Below, piece after piece: positions 1 to 12,602 of a stretch of 64,000 nt of DNA (the first letter of the stretch is position 1; every line of letters begins with the position of its first letter). Source of the DNA: Mobula hypostoma (taxonomy: Eukaryota); contig NC_086101.1 of NCBI RefSeq assembly GCF_963921235.1, forward strand, positions 9,798,001-9,862,000. Reading direction: 5' to 3'. The notes under the pieces are model-generated. The model was not told the origin of the DNA. It worked only from the letters and a program-made list of their open reading frames with translations, and did not search any database. The position numbers and the translations under genes are program-made.

Positions 1-158
1 GTTATACTTCCTCTCTTTTATTTTTATACTGTCCTTGACTTCCCTTGTCATCCACAGTCGCCCCTTACTCCCCTTAGAACCTTTCTTCCTCTTTGGAATG
101 AACTGATCCTGCACCTTCTGTATTATTCCCAGAAATACCTGCCATCTTCACATCATCA

Positions 159-1612
159 ATGAGGATGGGAGAGGTTCCAGAGGATTGGAGGGTTGCGGAT
201 GTTGTTCCCTTATTCAAGAAAAGAAGTAGAGATAGTCCAGGAAATTATAGACCAGTGAGTCTTACTTCAGTGGTTGATAAGTTGATGGAAAAGATCCTGA
301 TAGGCAGGATTTATGAACATTTGGAGAGGCATAATATGATTAGGAGTTAGTCAGCATGGCTTTGTCAAAGGCAGGTCGTGCCTTATGAGCCTGATTGAAT
401 TTTTTGAGGATGTGGCTAAGCACATTGATGAAGGTAGAGCAGTAGATGTAGTGTATATGGATTTCAGCAAGGCATTTAACAAGGTACCCCCATGCAAGGC
501 TTATTGAGAAAGTAGGGAGTCATGGGATCCAGGGGACCTTGCTTTATGGATCCAGAATTGGCTTGCCTACAGAAGGAAAAGAGTGGTTGTAGAAGGGTCA
601 TATTCTGCATGGAGGTCGTTGACCAGTGGTGTGCCTCAGGGATCTGTTCTGGAGCCCCTTCTCTTCATGATTTTCATAAGTGGAGGGATGGGTTAGTAAA
701 TTTGCTGATGACACGAAGGTTGGGGGTGTTGCGGATAGTGTGGAGAGCTGTCAGAGGTTACAATGGGACATTGATAGGATGCAAAACTGAGCTGAGAAGT
801 GGCAGACAGAGTTCAACCCAGATAAGTGTGAGGTGGTTCATTTTGGTTGGTCAAATATGATGGCTGAATATAGCATTAATGGTAAGGCTCTTGGCAGTGT
901 GGAGGATTAGAGGGATCTTGGGGTCCGAGTCCATAGGACACTCAAAGCTGCTGCCTAGGTTGACTCTGTGATTAAGAAGTCATATGGTGCTTTGGCCTTC
1001 ATGAACCACGGGATTGAGTTTAGAGCCGAGAGGTAACGTTGCAGCTATACAGGACCCTGGTCAGATCCCACCTGGAGTACTGTGCTCAGTTCTGTTCACC
1101 TCACTACATGAAGAATGTGGAAACTATGGAAAGGGTGCAGAGGAGATTTACAAGGGTGTTGCCTGAATTGGGGAGCATGCTTTATGAGAATAAGTTGAGT
1201 GAACTCGGCCTTTTCTCCTTGGAGCGGCGGAGGATGAGAGGTCACCTCATAGAGTTGCATAATATGATGGGAGGCATTGATCATGAGGATTGTCAGAGGC
1301 TTTTTCCCAGGACTGAAATGGTTAACAGAAGAAGGCACAGTTTTAAGGTGCTTGGAAGTAGGTGCAGAGGAGATGTCAGGGGTAAGTTTTTTACACAGAG
1401 AGTGGTGAGTGCATGTAATGGGCTGCCAGTGACGGTGGTGGAAGCGGATACGATAGGGTCTTTTAGGAGACTCCTGGATAGGTACATGGAGCTTAGAAAA
1501 AGAGAGGGCTATGGGTAACCCTAGATAATCTCTAAAGTAAGTACATGTTTGGCACAGCATTGTGGGCTGAAGGGCCTGTATTGTGCTGTAGGTTTTCTAT
1601 GTTTCTATGATT
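159..1612 (+). mobile_element. CR1 LINE, 5'-truncated; decayed ORF2 reverse transcriptase and 3' UTR with (TTTCTATG)n tail
   Basis: ORF fragments VPEDWRVADVVPLFKK..PGNYRPVSLTSVV and [40 protein letters not shown]; stops and frameshifts; tail gttttctatgtttctatg at ~1592-1609. Confidence 0.95.
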
Positions 1613-1614
1613 CC

Positions 1615-2160
1615 ATGTCTTTGCAATGTAGAGGAAAACAAGAGCATCTGGAGTAAACTCATGCAATCACAGGGAGAACGTAAAACCTCCTTACTGAGAG
1701 CAGCGGGAATTGAACCCAAGTTGCCAGGGCTGTAATCAGGTTGTGCTAACCACTTTGCCACGGTGCCATGCAAATCATCTCCCATCTACCATCAAACAGG
1801 AGGTCCAGAAGCCTAAAGTACCACAGATGTTACATAGATGGCATGCAAATCATTTTTTTCACTGTGCCTCGGTTACATGTGACAATAATACACCAATTTA
1901 CCAATTGCTCTGACTATCAGTATGTCTCTGAGGATGTGGGAGAAAACCAGCACACCCAAAGGAAACCCAGGTGGTCACAGGAAGAACACGCAAACTCCAC
2001 ATAGACAGCGCCTGAGGTCAGGCGTGCTACCTGACCTGCTGAAGTCCTCCAGCATTTTGTGTGTGTTGTTTGGATTTCCAGCAACTGCAGACTTTCTCGT
2101 TGTTTGCGACCAGGCTTGAATCTGTGTCTTTGGCACTGTGAGGCAGCAACTCTAACAGTG
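1615..2160 (-). mobile_element. Two decayed V-domain (HE1-like) SINE fragments, the second split by a Penelope-derived 3' piece (~2022-2105)
   Basis: Reverse complement contains GTGTGGAGTTTGCGTGTTCTTCCTGTGACCACCTGGGTTTCC, the V-SINE core; B-box-like GGTTCAATTCC at ~1706-1716 (minus). Confidence 0.7.
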
Positions 2161-2344
2161 TCTAGTTTCTCCAGTGGAACCTCGCAGACCTGTAGTCTCT
2201 GCCTCCGGGCAATACAGAAGCCACCTTCCTCTCTCGACTCTCCTGTGAGTCACACACCACCCAGGAGGAACGTGGAAGGAAGAGGGGAGGTTGGGAAAAT
2301 AGAAGAACTTGCAGGAGTCATAAGGAATGTATTGGAACCACAGT

Positions 2345-3275
2345 TTCAGAACATAGAACAGTACATCACAGGAACAGGCCCTTTGGCTCACAATGTTGTG
2401 CCAAAGCAAATAAAGTAATAGTCAAGTGGCCAACTGAACTAGTCCTTTATTCCTACACAAAGCCTGTGTCCTTTCATTTCCCTCATATTCATGTAACTAT
2501 CTAAGTGTCTCTTAAAAGTCCCTAACGTTTCTGCCCCTACCCCCACCCCAGGCAATGCATTCCAGGCATCCTCTGCTCTCTGTGTAAAAACTTGCCCCGC
2601 ACACCTTCTTTAAAATTAGCCCCTCTCCCCTTAAATGCATGCCCACTGGTATTAGGCATTTCAACACTTAGGAAAGGATACAGTCTGCAGCTTTAGGGCA
2701 AAAATTGAAATATCTTAGGGGAACCTGAGGGGAAACTTCTTCACTCAGACAATGGTGCAATTGTGGAATGAGCTGCCAATGGAAGTGGCAGACGTGGTTC
2801 AATTTAAAGATAAAGATTCTTGTTGCATGAGCATCGAAATATACAGCAAAATGTGTCATTTGTGTCAACGACCAGCACAGCGTGCTGGAGGTGCCCACAG
2901 GTGTCACCATACTACTGGCACTAAAAAAGCATGCCCACAACTTCCTGACCCTAATGCTGACCTGTACATCTTTGAAATGTGGGGTGAAACCGGAGCACTT
3001 GGAGAAAACCCACTTGGTCACAGGGAGAAGGTACAAACCCCTTACAAAAGGGAGTGGGACTTGAATACCAATCACTGGCGCTGTAAAGCTTTGCACTAAC
3101 TGCTCTGCTACTGTGCTGCCTAATTGTAGCATTTCTGAAAAGTTTGGATAGGTACGTGGCTTTGAAGGGAATGGAAGGCCACAGTCCGGGTGGGGTAGTC
3201 AGAATTTGACAGAAGGTTGGAATGGAGTTGATGGGCTGAAGGGCTTGTTTCTGTGTCTCTGTTGTCCTCTGTGAC
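2345..3275. mobile_element. Old CR1 3' fragments in both orientations, with a V-SINE (~2800-3125, minus) nested
   Basis: CR1 3' motifs (GGAAACTTCTTCACTCAGA, GGGCTGAAGGGCTTGTTTCTG); V-domain reverse complement cacttggtcacagggagaagg at ~3011-3031. Confidence 0.7.
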
Positions 3276-3984
3276 TCAGTGAGATTTCAAGGACATTGTG
3301 TGTTTCACCTAACGTATTACTGAGAAGCTGACCTCCTTTACTTTAACGTCAAGAGACTTCCTGACGCAGGTATTAAGGTTTCTCACAGGAAAGGACCTAC
3401 TCAGCTCAAAGTGACAGCTTCCTGCAGCAACGAGCTGCCGTGTCTGTTTCTGCATCCTCGCAAGAGTCTTCGCCGAAACAGAATCCTTCCCATCAGGTGG
3501 GGGAAGTTCCAGTGACGACTGGACGCTCACCCTTCACACCCTCTCCGGTGATTGACCCCTTGAGGGTCCTGGGGTCGCGGAGCTAAAGTTCAAATTTCAA
3601 AGTAAATTTATTATCAAAGTGCATATATGTCACCATATACTACCCTGAGATTCTTTTTGTTTGCGGGCATTCACAGCAAATACAAGGAAACTAAATAGAA
3701 TAAATTAAAAAGTGCACACAATGACGGACAAACAACCAACGTGCAAAGACAACAAACTGTGCAAGTATAAGACATCAAAAAACACAAACAAAACTATAAT
3801 AGTAAATCAATAATAAATGTCGAGAACATGAGATGAAGAGTCCTTGAAAGTGAGTCTATAAGTCAGGGTTTGCTCAGTTAATGGCATAAAAAAAGTTGGG
3901 AACTCCTGCCATAGTTTGTGAGAACAATTCAGTGTTGGGGTGAGTGAAGTTGAGTGAAGTCATCCCCTGTGGTTCAAGAGTCTG

Positions 3985-4275
3985 GGTAAGTAACTGTTCT
4001 TACTTACTGCCTTTTATGCCATTGGCATTTAGGGCAGTAATGAAGGTTCTCCATCTCTGTCTGTATAGAAGGATTCTTCATTGCTGTTTCCGTAACAATG
4101 CTTTTTTGACCAGTCAGGATTGCTAGCCCTGAGCTGAACCCCTGGACCTGGAGGACCCGGGGACCAATCTTAGTCTGCCCTCTACCCTTTGACCTCTTTG
4201 ACATGATGACCGTACCAAGAGGCAAAGCATAAAGCCCGGACTCCAGCCAACATGGCTCTCTAGGCCAATCCCTAC
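3985..4275 (-). mobile_element. RTE-related short non-autonomous element; second copy at ~17650-17975
   Basis: The two loci share ttactgcc..ggcattwagggcagyaatgaa and accagtcag..tgagctgaac..ctaccctttgacct; minus-strand 3' end ...GGCAGTAAGTAA resembles RTE tails. Confidence 0.6.
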
Positions 4276-4650
4276 TACAAGGTTTGTGGTGCTCTTGGAG
4301 GGTAACTGTTGCTGAACAGAAAAAAAATGCCCTCAGGCATAATCAGTCCATGTGGAGCAAGATGCCTCATCTAAACTGCGTTCAATCTCCTGGGGAGTGT
4401 GGAGTGCGGAATCACAGGGTTATTATCACTGACTTACATGATGAAATATTTATTGCAAGGCATAAAATAATATGAGAAGTTTTTTTTTAACTGTATCTTG
4501 GGACATGTGTCAATAATAATCCAACACAAATACCAAATGACTGTAAATTACATAGATAAATAAAATAAAGAATTAAGAGGTGTTGTCGATAGACCATTCA
4601 AAAAACTGTTCCTAAAACTCTGTGTGTGTGTCTTCAGGCTCCTGATGGTA

Positions 4651-4967
4651 ATTAATAATAATAGGCATCCATTAGGCTCGTGAGACCATGGATTTGCGCC
4701 TTGGAAAGTTTCCAGGGTGCAGGCCTGGCCAAGCTTGTATGGAAGACCGGCAGTTGCCCATGCTGCAAGTCTCCCCTCTCCACGCCACCGATGTTGTCCA
4801 AGGGAAGGGCATTAGGACCCGTACAGCTTGGCACCAGTGTCGTCGCAGAGCAATGTGTGGTTAAGTGCCTTGCTCAAGGGCACAACACGCTGCCTCGGCC
4901 AAGGCTCGAACTAGCAACCTTCAGATCACTAGACGAACACCTTAACCACTTGGCCATGTGCCAACAC
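4651..4967 (-). mobile_element. tRNA-derived SINE with CORE-like middle, RTE-like 3' end and (TAT)n tail; 12-bp TSD
   Basis: Minus strand starts GTGTTGGCACATGGCCAAGTGGTTAAGG (A box), then AGTTCGAGCC (B box) and GTGTTGTGCCCTTGAGCAAGGCACTTAACC. TSD ctcctgatggta at 4639-4650 and 4968-4979. Confidence 0.85.
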
Positions 4968-5159
4968 CTCCTGATGGTAGTAATGAAATAAAGATATGTC
5001 CTGGATGGTGAGTGTCCTTCATAGTGGATGCGCGTTCTTGAGGCATCACCATTTCAAGTTGTCCTCAATGCTGAGAAGGCTAGTACCTTTGATGGAACTG
5101 GTTGAATTTACAGCCCTCTGAGTTTACAAGCCTCTGTAGCATCCAGGTATCCCGCATAG

Positions 5160-5920
5160 TGCAGACTATTTTCTAAACGGGGAGAAAATCCAAAACTCTG
5201 AGATGCAAAGGAACTTGGGAGTCCTTGTGCAGAACACCCTAAATATTAACTTGCGGGGCGAGTTGGTGGTGAGGAAGGCAAATGCCCATGTTAGCATTCA
5301 TTTCAAGAGGTCTAGATTACAAGAGCAAAGGCTTTATTAGGAGCTGGTGAGGCCTCATCTTGAGTATTGTGAACAGTTTTGGGCCCCTCAAGCTGTATTA
5401 GCATTGGAGAGGGTCCAGAGGAGGTTCACAAGGATGATTCCAGGAATGAAAGGGTTACCGTACGCGGAACGTTTGATGGTTCTAGGTCTGTACTCACTGG
5501 AATTCTAAAGGATGAGGAGGGATCTCATTGAAACCTTTCGAATATTGAAAGGCCCAGACAGAATAGATGTCAAAAGGATGTTTCCCATGGTGGGAGAGTC
5601 TCGGACAAGAGGGCACAGCCTCAGGATAGAGGGGCGCCCTTTCAAAATAGAGATGTGGAGAAATTTCTTTACCCAAAGGGTGGTGAATTTGTGGAATTTG
5701 TTGACACATGCAGCTGTGGAGACCAGGTCTTTGGGTGTATGGGTGTACTTAAGGCAGAGATTGATAGGCTGTTGGTTGGACATGGCATCAAGGGGAGAAG
5801 GCCGGGAACTGGGGTTGAAGAGGAGGAAGAAAAAAAGGATCAGCCATGATTGAATGGCGAAGCAGACTCAATGGGCCAGATGGCCTAATTCTGCTCCTAT
5901 CTCTTATGGTCTTATGGCTT
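5160..5920 (+). mobile_element. CR1 3' fragment, (TCTTATGG)n-tail subfamily
   Basis: RRDLIETFRILKG..FFTQRVVNLWN; ends tcttatggtcttatgg. Confidence 0.9.
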
Positions 5921-5924
5921 CATG

Positions 5925-6312
5925 GTAGTATCCAAGACATCTTCGAGGAGTGGCGCCTCCGAAAGGCGGCGTCCGTCATTAAGGAACCCCACCATACAGG
6001 ACATGCCTTCTTCTCTTTGTAACTGTCAGGAAGGTGATACAGAAGCCTGGAAGCACACACTCAGCAATTTGGGAACAGCTTCATCCCCTCTGCCATCCAA
6101 TTTCTGAACAGACATTGAACCCATGAACACTACCTCACTGCTTTTTTAAATTACTGTTTCAGCGCTACTTATTTCAATACAACTATTTAATATACATATA
6201 TCCATACTGTAATTCATTTTATTTTTCAATATTTATCATGTGCTGCATGGTACTACTGCGCAGAGTTAACAAATTTCACGACATATGCGGGTGATATTGA
6301 AGCTGATTCTGA
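5925..6312 (+). mobile_element. Rex1/Babar-type LINE 3' fragment
   Basis: Matches the 3' end of the same family at 23400-23575 and 52500-52620 (..gaagcctgRaagcacacactcagc..ttcccctctgccatc); ends gattctgaatt. Confidence 0.7.
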
Positions 6313-6670
6313 ATTAATCTTTTCCCAATCCCCCAGCTGGTGATGTCACACCAGAGGATGAACCTAATTCTGATTCTTGGACCATCCAGAAATCTGGAGG
6401 GCTGAGAAAATGCTGAGGTTCAGGCTCCTGTACATCCTTCCTGCTGGCAGAAATGAGAAAAGTTTATGCCCCAGAAGGTGAGGTCGTCAATACTGCCTTC
6501 CTGTGGCATTGCAACTTACAATCAAGGATGGCTCGATTACGTTGTAACATCGCATGGAGGGTGATATGTGGTAGGGTGTGAGCACTTGAGTGAGTTCTAG
6601 CCGTGGACTAACAGGTTAAACTGGTCACTGTCTCCCCCACCCACACATGCACACCTGATGGTTTGCTGCA

Positions 6671-6725
6671 GGGGTAACTTTCCATTCTTCTGTTTAACTG
6701 CCGGGGATTTCCCGCTTTCACTTTT
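6671..6725 (+). promoter_or_regulatory. Candidate NF-kB + IRF/ISRE composite element
   Basis: GGGGTAACTTTCC (6671-6683, kB-like), GGGGATTTCCC (6703-6713, kB consensus), then GCTTTCACTTTT (6714-6725; reverse complement AAAAGTGAAAGC, IRF-E consensus), all in apparently non-repeat sequence. Confidence 0.5.
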
Positions 6726-7234
6726 AAGAAGAGGGGAGGGAGGAGTGATGGTGAAAGTGCCTGGAAGCCTTTCACCAGCCTACACACTGCTTAGTTCACC
6801 CCATGAACGGGTCGATTGTACTGAGCGGGAAACTGGATATCCTGCTGTTATTCAGAATCTGCCATCACTTCTGCTCTCTTTAACCAGCAAACCTGATCGC
6901 CATATCCCTCTCCTTCCCCTGCTTTCCTACTGTCCTGCTGGCTCTGGACGGCCGTAGGGGCCCGTGGGATACTGAGGGAACTCAGGGGGTCATGTAGCAC
7001 ATCCCAGGCTACAGGCGCACATGTGGGGGCGATGGGGTGGAGGGAGGGGATTGCACTGAAGCTCAATGTGGCCAACAAAGAGGCTCGGCCGATAAAGATT
7101 TCAGCATCAGATTCAGAACTGGGTTGAGTATCATTGACATATGTCGAGAAATTTGTTACCTTCTGCCAACATTACAGTGCAATATATAAAATGAAACGAT
7201 AAATTGCAATAACAAAATATAGTAAAAAGTCTCT

Positions 7235-8112
7235 CTGCAGAGAGACTTGGATAGATTGGAAGAATGGGCAAAGAAGTGGCAAATGAAACACAATGTTGGA
7301 AAGTGTATGGTTATGCACTTTGGCAGAAGAAATAAATGGGCAGACTATTATTTAAATGGGGAGAGAATTCAAAGTTCGGAGATGCAATGGGACTTGGGAG
7401 TCCTCGTACAGGATACCCTTAAGGTTAACCTCCAGGTTGAGTCGGTGGTGAAGAAGGCGAATGCAATGTTGGCATTCATTTCTAGAGGAATAGAGTATAG
7501 GAGTAGGGATGTGATGTTGAGGCTCTATAAGGCGCTGGTAAGACCTCACTTGGAGTACTGTGGGCAGATTTGGGCTCCTTATTTAAGAAAGGATGTGCTG
7601 ACTTTGGAGAGGGTACAGAGAAGATTCACTAGAATGATACTGGGAATGAGAGGGTTAACATATGAGGAACGTTTGTCCGCTCTTGGACTGTATTCCTTGG
7701 AGTTTAGAAGAATGAGGGGAGACCTCATAGAAACATTTTGAATGTTGAAAGGCATGGACAGAGTGGATGTGGCAAAGTTGTTTCCCATGATGGGGGAGTC
7801 TAGTACGAGAGGGCATGACTTCAGGATTGAAGGGCGCCCTTTCAGAACAGAAATGCGAAAAAAAATTTTTAGTCAGAGGGTGGTGAATCTATGGAATTTG
7901 TTGCCACGGGCAGTAGTGGAGGCCAAGTCATTGAGCGTATTTAAGGCAGAGATTGATAGGTATCTGAGTAGCCAGGGCATCAAAGGTTATGGTGAGAAGG
8001 CGGGGGAGTGGGACTAAATGAAGAATGGATCAGCTCATGATAAAATGGCGGAGCAGACTCAGTGGGCTGAATGGCCGGCTTCTGCTCCTTTGTCTTACGG
8101 TCTTATGGTCTA
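7235..8112 (+). mobile_element. CR1 3' fragment, young (TCTTATGG)n subfamily; same family as the CR1 pieces at 45.1 and 48.6 kb
   Basis: ORFs 7247-7741 and 7742-8017 encode the CR1 RT C-terminus, separated by a single TGA (CGA in the 48.9-kb copy). Confidence 0.95.
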
Positions 8113-8114
8113 AA

Positions 8115-11100
8115 ATAAATTAATATTGCAAAAGGAGAGCAAGCGGTGAGGTAGTGTTCATGAGTTCATTGTCTGTTCAGAAATCCAGTGGCAGAGGGGA
8201 AATAATCTGTTCCTAAAACATTGAGTGTGTGTCGTCAGGTTCCTGTACCTCCTTCCCGACGGTAGTCGTGAGAAGGTGGCGTGTCCTGGATGGTGAGGGC
8301 CTTTCGTGATGGATGCTGCCTTCGTGAGGCATCACCTGTTGAAGACGTTCTCGAAGATGGGGAGGTGATGGAGCTTGCTGCATTTACAATCCTCTGCAAC
8401 GTTTTTTGATCCTGCGCATTGGAGCCTCCAAACCAGGCAGAATGCTCTCCATGGTATATCTGTCAAATATGCCTGAGACCTTTGATGACATACCAAATCT
8501 CCTCAAACTCCTGATGAAGTAGAACCACTGGCAGGCCTTCTTCATTATTGCATCAGTATGTTGGGACCAAGATAGATAGAACCATCGAACATTACAGCAC
8601 AGAAACAGGCCTTTTGGCCCTTCTTGGCTGTGCCAAACCATTTTTCTGCCTAGTCCCACTGACCTGCCCCTGGACCATATCCCTCCATACACCTCTCATC
8701 CATGCACCTGTCCAAGATTTTCTTAAATTTTAAAAGTGAGCCCACATTTGCCACTTCATCTGGCAGCTCATTCCACACTCCCACCACTCTCCGTGTGAAG
8801 AAGCTCCCACTAATGTTCCCTTTAAACTTTTCCCCCTTCACCCGTAACCCATGTCCTCTGGGTTTTTTCTCCCCTTGCCTCAGTGGAAAAAGCCTGCTTG
8901 CATTCACTCTATCTATACCCATCATCATTTTATATACCTCTATCAAATCTCCCCTCATTCTTCTACGTTTCAGAGAATAAAGTCCCAACCTATTCAACCT
9001 TTCTCTGTAACTCAGTTTCTCAAGTCCCGGCAACATCCTTGTAAACCTTCTCTGCACTCTTTCAACCCTATTAATACCCTTCCTGTAATTTGGTAACCAA
9101 AACTGCACACAGTACTTCAAATTCGGCCTCACCAATGCCTTATACAACTTCACCATAACATTCCAACTCTTATACTTAATACTTTGATTTATAAGCTCTC
9201 TTTATGACCCTCTCTACCTGTGACGCCACTTTTAGGTAATTTTGTATCTGTGTTCCCAGATCCCTCTGTTCTACTGCACTCCTCAGTGCCCTACCATTTA
9301 CCCTGTATGTTCTACCTTGGTTTGTCCTTCCAAAGTGCAATACCTCACACTTGTCTGTATTAAACTCCATCTGCCATTTTTCAGCCCATTCTTCCAGCTG
9401 GTCAAAATCCCTCTGCAAGCTTTGAAAACCTTCCTCACTGTTCACTACACCTCCAATCTTTGTATCATCAGCAAATTTTGCTAATCCTATTTAGCACATT
9501 ATCATCCAGATCATTGATATAGATGACAAACAACAATGGACCCAGCACCTATCTCTGTGGCTCACCACTAGTTACAGGCCTCCACTCTGAGAAGCAAACC
9601 TCTACTACCACTCTTTGGCTTCTTCCATTGAGCCAACGTCTAATCCAATTTATGACCTCTCCGTATATACCTAGCGACTGAATCTTCCTAACTAACCTCC
9701 CATGCGGGACCTTGTCAAAGGCCTTACTGAAGTCCATATAGACAACAACCACTGCCTTCCCTTCATCCACTTTCCTAGTAACCGCCTTGAAAAACTTTAA
9801 TAGATTTGTTAAACATGACCTACCATGCTCAAAGCCATGTTGACTCTCCCTAATAAGTCCCTGTCTATCCAAATACTTGTAGGTCCTATCTCTTAGTACT
9901 CCTTCCAATAATTTACCTACTACCGACATCAAACTTACCGGCCTATAATTTCCCAGATTACTTTTAGAGCCTTTTTTAAAGAACAGAACAACATGAGCTA
10001 TCCTCCAATCCTCCGGCACCTCACCCGTAGATACCGACATTTTAAATATATCTGCCAGGGCCCCTGCAATTTCAACACTAGTCTCCTTCAAGGTCCGAGG
10101 GAATACCCTGTCAGGTCCCGGGGAATTATCTACTCTGATTTGCCTCAAGATAGCAAACACCTCCTCCTCTTCAATCTGTAAAGGTTCCATGATCTCACTA
10201 CTTGTTTCCTTTATTTCCATTGACACCATGCCAGTTTCCTTAGTAAATACAGATGCAAAAAAACCCATTTAAGATCTCCCCCATTTCTTTTGGTTCCATA
10301 CATAGCCGACTACTCTGATCTTCAAGAGGACCAATTTTATCCCTTACTATCCTTTTGCTCTTAATATACCTGTAGAAGCTCTTTGGATTATCCTTCACCT
10401 TGACTGCCAAAGGAACCTCATGTCTTCTTTTAGCCCTCTTGATTTCTTTCTTAAGTATTTTTTTGCATTTTTTATACTCTTCAAGCACCTTATTTGCTCC
10501 CTGTTTCCTGTACGTGTCATACATTTCTCTCTTCTTTATCAGAGTTCCAATATCCCTTGAGAACCAAGGTTCCTTATTCTTATTCACTTTGCCTTTAATC
10601 CTGACAGGAACATACAACCTGCACTCTCAAAATTCCTCCTTTGAAGGCCTCCCGCTTACTAATCACCCCCTTGCCAGAGAACAACCTGTCCAAATGCATG
10701 CTTTTTAGATCATTTCTCATTTCTTCAAACTTGGCCTTTTTCCAGTTTAGAACCTCAACCCGAGGACCAGATCTATCTTTATCCATGATCAAGTTGAAAC
10801 TAAAGGTTATGATCACTGGAACCAAAGTGTTCCCTTACACACGCTTCTGTCACCTGTCCTAACTTGTTTCCTAATAGGAGATCTAATATTGCAACCTCTC
10901 TAGTTGGTACCTCTATATAATGATTTAGAAAAATTTCCTGAACACATTTTACAAACTCTAACCCGTCTAGACATTTAACAGTGTGGGAGTTCCAATCAAT
11001 ATATGGAAAATTAAAATCCCCTACTATCACAACTTTATGTTTCCTGCAGTTGTCTGCTATCTCTCTGCAGATTTGCTCCTCCAATTCTCGCTGAATATTG

Positions 11101-12010
11101 GGTGGTCTATAATACAACCCCATTAATGTGGTCATACCTTTCCTGTTTCTCAGCTCCACCCATATGGCCTCAGTAGACAAGCCCTCTGATCTGTCCTGCC
11201 TGAGCACTGCTGTAACATTTTCCCTGACTAGCAATGCCAGCCCCCACCCTTCATTCCTTTGCCTCTATCACGTCAGAACCCTGGAACATTAAGCTGCCAG
11301 TCCTGCCCCTCCTGTAGCCATGTTTCACTAATGGCTATAATGCCATAATTCCACGCCCTCAGCTCATCAGCCTTCCCCACAATACTCCTTGCATTGAAAT
11401 AGACACTCCTCAGAAGATTATCTCCACCACACACAACCTTTCTATTTGTGACTTTGCATGAACTTTTAACATCATTTATTTTCACCCCCGCTCCACTATC
11501 TGCTCTGGCACTCTGGTTCCCATCCCCCTGCAAATCTAGTTTAAACCCTCCCCAATAGCACTAACAAACCTCCCTGCAAGGGTATTGGTCCCCTTGTAGT
11601 TCAGGTGTAACCTGTCTCTCTTGTACAGGTCCCACCAGCCCCAGAAGAGGTCCCAATGAACCTGAGATCTGAAACCCTGCCCCCTACATGAGTTCATCAG
11701 CCACGTGTTCATCCGCCAGAGCATCCTATTCTTACCCTTCTGAGATGTTGATACCCAGGAACTGGAAACTGCTCTCTCTTCCTACTGCTGATCTCTCAGT
11801 GAGTACTGGTGTGTGTTTCCATGACTTTCCCTTCCTGAAGTCCACAATCAATTCCTTGGTCTTACAGACATCCGGTGTAAGATTGTTGGTGCGACCCCAC
11901 TCAACCAGCTGATCCATCCCACTCCTGTACGCCTCCTCTTCACCATCTGAGGTTCTGCCAAAAACAGCTCTGTCATCGGCAAATTTGTGTTTGAGCTGTG
12001 CCTAGCCACT
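8115..12010 (-). mobile_element. Rex1/Babar-type LINE fragment (8115-8575 plus 11735-12010) split by the CR1 insertion
   Basis: KELIVDFRKG..SFQFLGINISE (11732-11917) continues across the CR1 as LSWSQHTDAIMKKACQWFYFIRSLRRFGMS (8384-8575). Confidence 0.85.
8576..11735 (-). mobile_element. Long CR1 LINE: end of ORF1 esterase plus disrupted ORF2 (APE endonuclease and RT) and 3' UTR
   Basis: DLYKRDRLHLNYKGTN (SGNH esterase end); YFNARSIVGKADEL..ISETWL; YRPPN..VGDFNFP..GSSDHN (APE); GNYRPVSL..YMDFSKAFDKVPH (RT); multiple frameshifts. Confidence 0.95.
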
Positions 12011-12602
12011 GAGATCTCACTGCTGCTGGGCAGGGAGGAGCTGCACCCTGTCGAACACCCACGCAAACACTTGAAGGGTATATTGTTCAAAGAGTGATAT
12101 TGGTACTTTGTACATGGGCTGTATCAGTGATGACACCACAGACAGCATTCTGAATGTACAGACAGGGCGATATCATTGATATACAAATGTGCATTGTTTT
12201 ATTTCTATCATAGCTTTCAAGTTTAATTCTGAAATAAAACGAGGAAATAATCTGTTTTATTGGGGTTGAGAAGGTTGATAGCTTCATGGTCCAAGTGTGA
12301 ACTTCACCAGCCTGTCCTGATCTATCTACATTGATGTCACTGACAAGAAAGCTCACCAATATCTCTACTTCCTTAGGAGGCCAACAGAATTGGGCATGGC
12401 CTCGTCGACTCCTGCCTAGGTTACGTATGGCAACCGTTCTGCACGTGACAGCAAGAAACTGCAGAAAGCTGTGGACACAGTTCAGCACATCACTGAAAAC
12501 AGCCTCTCCTCCACAGACTCTGTCCTTACTTCTTGCTGCTCCAGCAAAGCAGCCAAAATAATCAAAAACCCCACCCACCCCAGATATTCCCCCTTCTTCC
12601 GT

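Noticed and set aside
4880..4967. tRNA gene
   Set aside because: It is the A/B-box head of a SINE with a TSD and tail; no complete cloverleaf is apparent.
12010..12250. 3' UTR with AATAAA at 12233
   Set aside because: A lone hexamer in AT-rich sequence with no supporting upstream exon.
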